A stretch of DNA of 10,386 bases from Candidatus Eiseniibacteriota bacterium. Lineage in GTDB: Bacteria; Eisenbacteria; RBG-16-71-46. Under the pieces are notes generated by a model, which worked only from the letters and a program-made list of their open reading frames with translations, made no database searches and was not told the DNA's origin. A program made the translations under genes and the position numbers. How positions within the stretch are numbered: the stretch's first letter is position 1; every line of letters starts with the position of its first letter. This document shows, in pieces, positions 1-6,584 of this stretch. The stretch lies in NCBI GenBank assembly GCA_031364845.1, contig JANLWX010000063.1:1-10386 (forward strand), written 5' to 3'.

Positions 1-875
1 CCCGGCCGCACGAGCGTGGCGAGGTTGTACAACTCGCGCATGTCGTTGTGGACCGGCGTCGCGGTCAGCAGCAGCAGGTAGCCCGGATTCAGTTCGTTGA
101 TGAACTTCCATCCGAGCGTGAGGTGATTGCGCAGCCGGTGCTCCTCATCGACGATCACGAGATCGTAGTTGGCACCGCGCACGCGGCGGCGGTGCCGCTC
201 ATGCCGCGCGGTCTCGAGCGACGAGATCACGAGCGGATGCCGGCCCCACTGACCGGCCGGTCCGCGCGAGACCACGAAGTCGAGCTCGAACTTCTCCCAC
301 AGCTCCGCGCGCCACTGCTCGCATAGCGAAGCGGGCACCAGCACCAGCACGGTGCGCGCCGCACCGCGCAGCAGGTACTCCTTGAGCACGATGCCGGCCT
401 CGATCGTCTTGCCGAGTCCGACTTCGTCCGCGAGAATCGCGCGGCCATTGAGGTCGCGCATGACCTTGTGGCAGACCTTGATCTGGTGTGGGAACCGCTC
501 GACGCCGCGCAGCGAATCGAGCGACACGAGCCGTTCGCTGCCGGCCCAGCCGGCCCAGCGCTCGGCTTCGGCGCGCAGCTCGAAGCGACCGGCGGGCGCC
601 GGTGTTCCGCGCTGCCACATCTCGAGCAGCTTGTCGCTCTGCGCATGCCACACGCGCGACGACGACTCGGCGATCGCGCGATCGGCCGCCGGCGCGTCGG
701 GTGAGACGACTTCCCAGTCGCGCTGCGCCGACAGGCGGCGCAGTTCGCCGTCGAACACCACCTCGAGCATTTCGCGCCCGCGGTCGGTGTGGACTTCGAC
801 GATCAGGCCTTCTCCGAACTGCGGATGACGCAGCCGCTGGCCGACTTGATACCGGTTCTCGATGACTTCGGTCAT
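1..875 (-). CDS. SNF2-family (YqhH/RapA-like) helicase/ATPase with an N-terminal Tudor-like domain; 5' part only (291 codons), continues beyond the left edge
   Basis: Manual translation from ATG at 875 (in-frame GTG at 878): MTEVIENRYQVGQRLRHPQFGEGLIVEV...FPHQIKVCHKVMRDLNGRAILADEVGLGKTIEAG (Q motif and motif I, LADEVGLGKT at 405-434), VLVLVPASLCEQWRAEL (Ia), YDLVIVDEEHRLRN (II), LLLLTATPVHN (III). No stop codon before the window edge, which probably explains its absence from the ORF track. Confidence 0.93.
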   Translation of the reverse strand, partial: MTEVIENRYQVGQRLRHPQFGEGLIVEVHTDRGREMLEVVFDGELRRLSAQRDWEVVSPDAPAADRAIAESSSRVWHAQSDKLLEMWQRGTPAPAGRFELRAEAERWAGWAGSERLVSLDSLRGVERFPHQIKVCHKVMRDLNGRAILADEVGLGKTIEAGIVLKEYLLRGAARTVLVLVPASLCEQWRAELWEKFELDFVVSRGPAGQWGRHPLVISSLETARHERHRRRVRGANYDLVIVDEEHRLRNHLTLGWKFINELNPGYLLLLTATPVHNDMRELYNLATLVRP

Positions 876-894
876 CACGTTCCGCCCGTCTCGA

Positions 895-2301
895 TCACTT
901 CCACAGATCCCACTTCTCTCCCTTGGCGGGGATGTGCACCTCGGCTCCGATCTTCTCTTCGAGCTTCTCGGCGAGCACACCCGCCGCTTCCAGTTCTCCG
1001 TGAACCAGGAAGATCTGCTTCGGCGCCGGCTTGAGCGCCGCCACCCAGGCGACCAGTTCGGTCTGATCGGCATGCGCGCTGAATCCGTCGAGCGCCACCA
1101 CTTCCGCCCGCCGGCGCACCGGCTCACCGAACACGCTCACCATCTGCGCCCCGTCGCGAATCTTGCGACCGAGCGTCCCTTCGGCCTGGTAGCCCACGAA
1201 CAGCACGGTGTTCTTGGAGTCGCCGAGCCCGTGCAGGAGGTGGTGCAGGATGCGACCGCCTTCGCACATGCCCGACGCGGCGATGATCACGCACGGCGCG
1301 CGGCGTTCGTTCAGGTTCCGCGATTCGTCGGCCGACGCGACGTAGTGGACGCGCGCGAATCCGAACGGCGCGCCGTCGCGTTCCTCGAACATGCGCCGCG
1401 TTTCCTCGTCGTAGCACTCGGGATGGCGCTTGAAGACTTCGGTCGCCTGCTTCGCGAGCGGGCTGTCGACGAAGATCGGCACCGCGGGCACCTGGTTCGT
1501 CTCCATCAGTGCGTGGATCTTCGCAACCAGCTCCTGCGCGCGGCCCACCGCAAACGACGGCACCAGCACGCGGCCGCCGCGCTCGAGCGTGCGGCGCAGC
1601 GCGTCGGCCAGCGCAGCCAGCGTCTCGTCGTCCGGCGTATGCACGCGATCGCCGTAGGTGCTCTCGAGCACCAGCGCATCGACACCGGGATGGACTTCGG
1701 GATCGCGCAGGATCGGCTTGTTCGCGCGCCCGAGATCGCCGCTCATGCCGAGCCGGAACGTGCGGCTGCCGTCCTTGAATTCGAACGTGGTCAGCGCCGA
1801 TCCCAGAATGTGGCCCGCGTCCCAGAACTCCACGCTCACGCCGGGGAACAGCTCCCACGGCTCGCGATAGCCGTGCAGCGCGAAACGCTCGAGCGTGCGC
1901 ACGACATCGGCCGGCGTGTAGAGCGGCTTGCGGCCTTCGCGGCGCGGCGAGTGACGGTTCACGTGCTCGACGTCGCGCTGCATCAGGAACGCGCTGTCCG
2001 ACAGCATCGGACGGCACAGATCCTCGGTGGCACTGGTCGCGTGGATGCGGCCCGCGAATCCGCGCGCGACCAGCGTCGGTAGATTGCCCGCGTGATCGAG
2101 GTGCGCGTGCGACAGCACGACGGCGTCGATCTCTCCCGGCTCGAACTTGAACGTGCGGTTAATGCGGTCGGCTTCATCGCGGTGTCCCTGATAGACGCCG
2201 CAATCGAACAGGAATTGCTGCTCGCCATATCGAATGCGGTGGCGCGAACCGGTGACGGTGCGCGCCGCGCCTTCGAACGAGATGGAGAGGGGACCCGGCA
2301 T
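895..2301 (-). CDS. Metallo-beta-lactamase fold nuclease with beta-CASP and RNA-specificity domains (YSH1/CPSF73-like bacterial family), 468 aa
   Basis: GAARTVTGS, LFDCG, LSHAHLDHAG (HxHxDH), DAGHILGS, SGDLG, LESTYGDR, PSFAVGRAQE, VDSPLA, AASGMCEGGRILHHL, VGYQAEGTLG, FSAHAD, LVHGE. The ATG at 2301 overlaps the upstream stop by 1 nt (TGATG), so it is preferred over the TTG at 2304. Confidence 0.95.
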   Translation of the reverse strand: MPGPLSISFEGAARTVTGSRHRIRYGEQQFLFDCGVYQGHRDEADRINRTFKFEPGEIDAVVLSHAHLDHAGNLPTLVARGFAGRIHATSATEDLCRPMLSDSAFLMQRDVEHVNRHSPRREGRKPLYTPADVVRTLERFALHGYREPWELFPGVSVEFWDAGHILGSALTTFEFKDGSRTFRLGMSGDLGRANKPILRDPEVHPGVDALVLESTYGDRVHTPDDETLAALADALRRTLERGGRVLVPSFAVGRAQELVAKIHALMETNQVPAVPIFVDSPLAKQATEVFKRHPECYDEETRRMFEERDGAPFGFARVHYVASADESRNLNERRAPCVIIAASGMCEGGRILHHLLHGLGDSKNTVLFVGYQAEGTLGRKIRDGAQMVSVFGEPVRRRAEVVALDGFSAHADQTELVAWVAALKPAPKQIFLVHGELEAAGVLAEKLEEKIGAEVHIPAKGEKWDLWK

Positions 2302-2900
2302 CAATAGCTCGCGTAGAAGATCAGGCCCAGCTGGCCCTGAAAGTCGTGGTTGGTCTTTCCGTGCTGGAAGATCGCGTAGTAGCGCGCGCTGAGATCCCAG
2401 GCCCAGCTTCGATAGAAGAAACGTTCGAGCCCGGCGCCCGCGCTCACGTAGAGACCGTCATCGGGAAAGATCGTCTCGTCGCTGTTCAACTCGGCCGACG
2501 CCTGCGCCAGCCCCACGCCGACGTTCACCATGCGCGTCGTGCGGTCGCGCGTTCCGAACAACTGATAGATCTCGATCCCCGACATGATCAGCGTGAGTTC
2601 CTTGATCGTGGTGTCGCCCTGAACGCCGACCACCCGGCTTTCGAACTTGTGGCCCTCGAACGACAGTCCGATCGCGCGCTCGTAGCGCAGCCGGTAGCGC
2701 AGCCGCACACCGAGACCCGGTCCCTGCGAGAACAGATCCCCGAGATCTCCCGACTTGGCGAGCATGCCGTACTGACCCTGAATCCCGATGCCGATCTGGC
2801 CCGGCCGCGGCAGCACGATGTTGGGAGCTGCGGTGGCGATCGCGGACCACGACATGAGAACTCCGGTCACGACGACGATGGCAATGCGGCGAAGCATCAT
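2301..2900 (-). CDS. Small outer-membrane beta-barrel protein (probably 8-stranded, OmpA/OmpW-like), 199 aa
   Basis: AGGAGG ribosome-binding site upstream of ATG 2900. Sec signal MMLRRIAIVVVTGVLMSWSAIATA. Alternating amphipathic strands (GLGVRLRYRL, IGLSFEG, VNVGVGL, YVSAGAGLERF, WAWDLSARYY) and an aromatic C-terminus (FQGQLGLIFYASY). It is the C-terminal part of the 611-aa track ORF, whose remainder is off-frame overlap with xerD/uvrC. Confidence 0.8.
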   Translation of the reverse strand: MMLRRIAIVVVTGVLMSWSAIATAAPNIVLPRPGQIGIGIQGQYGMLAKSGDLGDLFSQGPGLGVRLRYRLRYERAIGLSFEGHKFESRVVGVQGDTTIKELTLIMSGIEIYQLFGTRDRTTRMVNVGVGLAQASAELNSDETIFPDDGLYVSAGAGLERFFYRSWAWDLSARYYAIFQHGKTNHDFQGQLGLIFYASY

Positions 2901-2941
2901 CCGACTTCCTCCTGTCCCGCCGCCCGCACCCGTGGCCCCGA

Positions 2942-3886
2942 TCATGGCCGCGGATGGAACGTGCGATGGACTTCCTTGAGATATGCCCGGTCGAGGTGGG
3001 TGTAGATCACGGTCGTGGTGACGGAGGCGTGCCCCAGAAGTTCCTGGACCACGCGCAGATCGGCACCACCCTGCAGAAGATGAGTCGCGAACGAATGCCG
3101 CAATGCATGCGGGTGCACGCGGGCATCGATGCCCGCCGCACGCGCGTGGCCGCGCAGGATCTTCCAGAAACCCATGCGGGTGAGCGCGCCGCCGCGCGCG
3201 TTCAGGAACACGGCCTCGCCGCGCGCGGAAGCCGCGAGCTGCGGACGTGCGTGCTCGAGATAGTCCGCGAGCGCCGCTGCCGCTGCCCCACCGAACGGAA
3301 CCGAGCGCTCCTTGTTGCCCTTGCCCGTCACGGTCACGGTCCGGCCGTTGAGATCGAGCTGGGGCCGCTGCACTCCGACCAGCTCCGAGACGCGCAGGCC
3401 GCTCGCGTACGCAAGTTCGAGCAGCGCGCGGTCGCGCATCGCGAGCGGCTCTGCGCCTTCCGTCTGCGCGATCAGAAGCTCGATGTCTTCGATGGCGAGC
3501 ACATGCGGAAGCGCGCGATCGCGGCGCGGTGCGGCCAGCTCCATCAGCGGATCGTTGCCGCAGGTGCCGCGATGGACGAGCCACTCGTGAAATCCCCGCA
3601 GCGTCGAGCGGCGCCGGCTCATCGTGCTCGCTGCGAGCCCGCGCTGGTGGAGCCGCGCGAAATACGCATCGAGGAACGTCGGCGTCGCATCGCGCCACGA
3701 GCCGAGACGATGCTGGGCGGCGAACTTCGCGTAGTCGTCGAGGTCGTGGCCATAGGAGGCGAGCGTGTTGTCGCTGAGCCGCCGCGCACGCGAGAGACTG
3801 TCGAGGTATTCGCGGATGCCGGCGCTCATGCGGGCGTCGAGTACGGGCACGTTCGGCATCGATGCGATCGCGGCCGACGATCTCAT
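2942..3886 (-). CDS. xerD: Site-specific tyrosine recombinase XerD
   Basis: N-terminal core-binding domain (LSDNTLASYGHDL) and complete catalytic set R-K-H-R-H-Y (ASGLRVSEL, GKGNKER, HPHALRHSFATHLL, LLGHAS, IYTH). LTRMGFWKI, ADLRVVQELLGH and the terminal HPR favour XerD over XerC. The ATG overlaps the uvrC stop (ATGA); a slightly later start is possible. Confidence 0.88.
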   Translation of the reverse strand: MRSSAAIASMPNVPVLDARMSAGIREYLDSLSRARRLSDNTLASYGHDLDDYAKFAAQHRLGSWRDATPTFLDAYFARLHQRGLAASTMSRRRSTLRGFHEWLVHRGTCGNDPLMELAAPRRDRALPHVLAIEDIELLIAQTEGAEPLAMRDRALLELAYASGLRVSELVGVQRPQLDLNGRTVTVTGKGNKERSVPFGGAAAAALADYLEHARPQLAASARGEAVFLNARGGALTRMGFWKILRGHARAAGIDARVHPHALRHSFATHLLQGGADLRVVQELLGHASVTTTVIYTHLDRAYLKEVHRTFHPRP

Positions 3887-5712
3887 GCGCCCTCCGCCCG
3901 GCGTTCGCCGGACAGCGCATCGGCCACTCGGATCGCGAGGGCCAGCGGAACCCGCGCGCGGCGGGCGATCTCCTCGGCGCTCGCGGCGCGCAGTGCGGAG
4001 ACCGAACCGAACTCCTTGAGAAGCGTGGCACGCCGCGCGGGACCGACACCCGGCACCTGATCCAGTTCGCTCGCGATGCGCGCGCGCCGGCGCAGCCCGC
4101 GGTGATACGTGAGTCCGAAACGGTGCGCCTCGTCACGCAGCCGCTGCAGCGCGCGCAGGCCCGCGCTGCGGCGCGGCAGATGCAGATCGGGGCCGCGCTC
4201 GCGCACGATCGTCTCCTCGCGCTTCGCGAGTCCGATCAGCGGCACGGGCGTCGTGGCCGCGCGATCGAGCGCCGAGCGCGCGGCACTCACCTGCCCGGGC
4301 CCGCCATCGACCACCACCAGATCGGGCCGCGGCATCTCGCCCGACTCGACGCGCGTCCAGTAGCGCTCGACGGCCTCCTCGATCATCGCGAAGTCGTCGG
4401 GACCCGGGTGGTGCAACCGCATGCGCCGATACAACCCTTTTCGCGCGATGCCGTTCTCGCTCGCGACGATCGCCGCGACCGCGCCCTCGGAACCGAAGTT
4501 CGAAATGTCGAAGCACACGAGCCGATACGGCGGGCGCTCCAATCCGAGCAACCGCTGCAGCTCGAGCACCTCCGGCGAGAACCGCGCGCGCCGTCCCGCG
4601 CCGCGCGCTTCGAGATCCTCGAGTGCCACCGCCGCGTTGCGCTCGGCGCCGCGCACCATCTTGAGCCCGCGTCCGCGCTGCGCCACGAGCAGCGCCACGC
4701 GATGCCCGGCCTGCTGGCTGAGTGCAGCGAGCGTCACGTCGCAATCGACCGGGGGCCCGGCGACCACCAGCCGCTTCGGCAGCTCGCGGCGCGCGAGGTA
4801 GTGCTGCGCGAGAAACGAACCCAGCACCGCCGCGTCGTCGAGTCCCTCGGCCTGGTTCAGGATGCGCGTCTCCTTACCCACCACACGTCCGCCGCGCAGC
4901 ACGATCGCCGTGACCGCCGCGCGGCGGCCGAGTCGCGCCACGCCGAGCACGTCGGTGTCGCGTCCGCCCTGCCCGACCACGTTCTGCGGACGCCGCGCGG
5001 ACTCGAGCAGCTGGAGCTGATCGCGGCGCTGCGCTGCGGTCTCGAAGCGGCGCGCCTCCGACGCCTGCTCCATCTCCGCGCGCAACCGATGCACGAGCGC
5101 GTCGTCGCGGCCGGTGAGGAACAGGATCAGCTGGTCGACCAGCGCGCGGTATTCGGCGGGCGTCGTGCGCGAGCGCGTCGTGCACGGACCGGCGCAGCGC
5201 TTGATGTGGAAGTAGAGGCACGGCCGGTTCGAGCGGCGGTAGTCCTCGAAGTTGCGGCACGTGCGCACCGGGAAGATCCGCCGCAACTCGCGCAGCGTGC
5301 GGCGCAGCCGCTTCACGTCGGTGAACGGCCCGAGATAGCGCGCGCCGTCGTCGCGCACCAGGCGCACGATCGAGAGCCGCGGGAACTCCTCCTGCACGCT
5401 GATCTTCACGTACGGGTAGCTTTTGTCGTCGGTGAGCCGGATGTTGTAGTGCGGCTGGTACTGGCGGATGAAGGTCGCTTCGAGCAGCAGCGCTTCGACT
5501 TCGGTGTCGGTGAGGACCGTGTCGAGGTCGGTGGCGCGGGTCATCAGCTCCCGCAGGCGCGGATCCGCGAGGTCGGGCGCGAGGTAGTTCCGCACCCGGT
5601 GGATCAGGCTCTTGGCCTTGCCGACGTACAGCACCTTCCCCGACCCGTCCTTGAACAGATAAACCCCGGGAACCGCGGGAAGATTCTGGACTTTTTGGCT
5701 CAGTTCGCTCAC
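3883..5712 (-). CDS. uvrC: Excinuclease ABC subunit C, about 609 aa
   Basis: GIY-YIG domain (PGVYLFKD...LYVGKAKSL..RV..Y, EALLLEA, PHYNIRLTDDKSYPY), Cys motif C-x12-C-x7-C-x3-C at 5182-5259, UVR domain (FETAAQRRDQ), RNase H-like domain (CFDISN, DLVVVDGG, RLRDEAHRF) and C-terminal HhH (VPGVGPARR). Start placed at GTG 5712 with GGAG 5 nt upstream; the track's extension to 5889 crosses the promoter region. Confidence 0.96.
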   Translation of the reverse strand: MSELSQKVQNLPAVPGVYLFKDGSGKVLYVGKAKSLIHRVRNYLAPDLADPRLRELMTRATDLDTVLTDTEVEALLLEATFIRQYQPHYNIRLTDDKSYPYVKISVQEEFPRLSIVRLVRDDGARYLGPFTDVKRLRRTLRELRRIFPVRTCRNFEDYRRSNRPCLYFHIKRCAGPCTTRSRTTPAEYRALVDQLILFLTGRDDALVHRLRAEMEQASEARRFETAAQRRDQLQLLESARRPQNVVGQGGRDTDVLGVARLGRRAAVTAIVLRGGRVVGKETRILNQAEGLDDAAVLGSFLAQHYLARRELPKRLVVAGPPVDCDVTLAALSQQAGHRVALLVAQRGRGLKMVRGAERNAAVALEDLEARGAGRRARFSPEVLELQRLLGLERPPYRLVCFDISNFGSEGAVAAIVASENGIARKGLYRRMRLHHPGPDDFAMIEEAVERYWTRVESGEMPRPDLVVVDGGPGQVSAARSALDRAATTPVPLIGLAKREETIVRERGPDLHLPRRSAGLRALQRLRDEAHRFGLTYHRGLRRRARIASELDQVPGVGPARRATLLKEFGSVSALRAASAEEIARRARVPLALAIRVADALSGERRAEGA

Positions 5713-5752
5713 GGACACTCCGAACCCCCCACTTACAGAGCGGGAAGCAACG

Positions 5753-5782
5753 ACACTACACCCCGGCTCGGGACCCCGGCAA
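5753..5782 (-). promoter_or_regulatory. Possible sigma70-type promoter for the uvrC operon
   Basis: Minus strand TTGCCG (5782-5777), 18 nt spacer, TAGTGT (5758-5753), about 40 nt upstream of the uvrC start. Only a partial match to consensus. Confidence 0.35.
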
Positions 5783-5817
5783 ACGGTGCCGGGCCGCGAA
5801 ATTGGGGCCCGAAAAGC

Positions 5818-5847
5818 TTGACCCGGCCCGGTCCCGCCGCCTATATT
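5818..5847 (+). promoter_or_regulatory. Sigma70-type promoter of rpsT
   Basis: TTGACC (5818-5823), 18 nt spacer, TATATT (5842-5847): 5/6 match at both boxes in a GC-rich genome, 40 nt upstream of the rpsT ATG, followed by a GGAGG ribosome-binding site. Confidence 0.75.
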
Positions 5848-5887
5848 CCTCGCCGGTTTTATTTCCTGTTTCCCACGGAGGATTTTC

Positions 5888-6145
5888 ATGCCGCATCACA
5901 AGTCCGCGGCCAAGCGGGTCATCACGAACGAGAAGGCTCGCCAACGCAATATTGCCGCGCGCTCACGCATGCGCGCCGCGATCAAGGCCGTGCGCCACGC
6001 CACCACCAGGACCGATGCCGTGTCGGCCTATCAGTCCGCCGCTTCGGTCCTCGATCGCACGGTCGCCAAGGGCATCATCAAGCGCGGCACCGCCGATCGT
6101 CACAAGGCGCGCCTCGCGAAGTTCGCCCAGAAGCAGACGGCCTGA
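5888..6145 (+). CDS. rpsT: 30S ribosomal protein S20, 85 aa
   Basis: MPHHKSAAKRVITNEKARQRNIAARSRMRAAIK...SVLDRTVAKGIIKRGTADRHKARLA is a typical bS20 pattern of the expected length, preceded by GGAGG. Confidence 0.97.
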   Translation: MPHHKSAAKRVITNEKARQRNIAARSRMRAAIKAVRHATTRTDAVSAYQSAASVLDRTVAKGIIKRGTADRHKARLAKFAQKQTA

Positions 6146-6155
6146 GGATTCCAGC

Positions 6156-6584
6156 ATGACCCGCGGCGCGGCCGCGATGCTCGCAGCATTGATCCTCGCG
6201 CACGTCGTGACACCGGCCGCCTCCGCACTCGCGCAGGCGGCCGAGCCGTTTCCGGAAGTGATCGTCCCCCGCGCCACGGGAAACACGCATCGATGGGCGT
6301 ACGTCACGATGCTCGCGGGTGTGGGGCTCGCCACGGGATCGTTCATGCTCAAGGACCGCGGCGATGAAGCGTACGATCGCTACCTGGTCGAGACCGATCC
6401 CGATGCGATCACCGAGTACTACGATCGCGCCCACCATTACGATCAGCTCTCGACCACGGCCCTGATCGGCGGCGAGGTGCTGTTCGCCACCGGCGTCTGG
6501 ATGCGGTTCCTGCGCCGCGGCACCTCCGACCGGCTCGCGATGGACCTGCGCCCGACCCGATGCGCGCTCTCGCTGCGCTTCTGA
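6156..6584 (+). CDS. Hypothetical exported/membrane protein, 142 aa
   Basis: ATG 10 nt after the rpsT stop with GAGGA overlapping the stop. Signal-peptide-like N-terminus (MTRGAAAMLAALILAHVVTPAASALA), two hydrophobic segments (WAYVTMLAGVGLATGSFML; ALIGGEVLFATGVWM) and a C-terminal ALSLRF. Confidence 0.8.
   Translation: MTRGAAAMLAALILAHVVTPAASALAQAAEPFPEVIVPRATGNTHRWAYVTMLAGVGLATGSFMLKDRGDEAYDRYLVETDPDAITEYYDRAHHYDQLSTTALIGGEVLFATGVWMRFLRRGTSDRLAMDLRPTRCALSLRF

Noticed and set aside
24..33. 10-bp palindrome GTTGTACAAC
   Set aside because: Lies inside coding sequence for a conserved ELYNL helicase segment; likely chance.
541..559. Tandem 9-bp repeat CCGGCCCAG x2
   Set aside because: Encodes WAGWAG in frame within the SNF2 gene; only two copies in GC-rich DNA.
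862..2082. 406-aa plus-strand ORF antisense to the beta-CASP gene
   Set aside because: Shadow ORF expected from high-GC codon bias; no recognisable motifs, while the opposite strand carries a full conserved nuclease.
2942..3886. Tyrosine recombinase as a sign of a prophage, integron or genomic island
   Set aside because: It has XerD-type motifs and overlaps uvrC; I saw no att or dif site, tRNA, attC array or compositional shift.
2901..4136. N-terminal ~410 aa of the 611-aa minus-strand ORF, suggesting a giant protein or a xerD-OMP frameshift fusion
   Set aside because: Arg/Ala/Pro-rich off-frame translation of xerD/uvrC. The barrel gene has its own AGGAGG, ATG and signal peptide at 2900, and XerD ends normally at HPRP.
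5182..5259. Four-Cys cluster in UvrC as a novel metal site
   Set aside because: This Cys-rich motif is a known conserved feature of many UvrC proteins.
5713..5887. LexA/SOS box upstream of uvrC
   Set aside because: Neither CTGT-N8-ACAG nor GAAC-N4-GTTC is present; a lineage-specific box cannot be excluded.
5713..5889. Track's 59-aa N-terminal extension of UvrC, and upstream extension of ORF 5802-6584
   Set aside because: Both cross the divergent promoter region or rpsT. UvrC homology begins at about LPAVPGVY, and better ribosome-binding sites exist for starts at 5712 and 6156.
2954..6159. Long plus-strand ORFs 2954-4060 (368 aa) and 3862-6159 (765 aa)
   Set aside because: Antisense shadows of xerD and uvrC with no family motifs; the second also runs through the promoter region and off-frame across rpsT.
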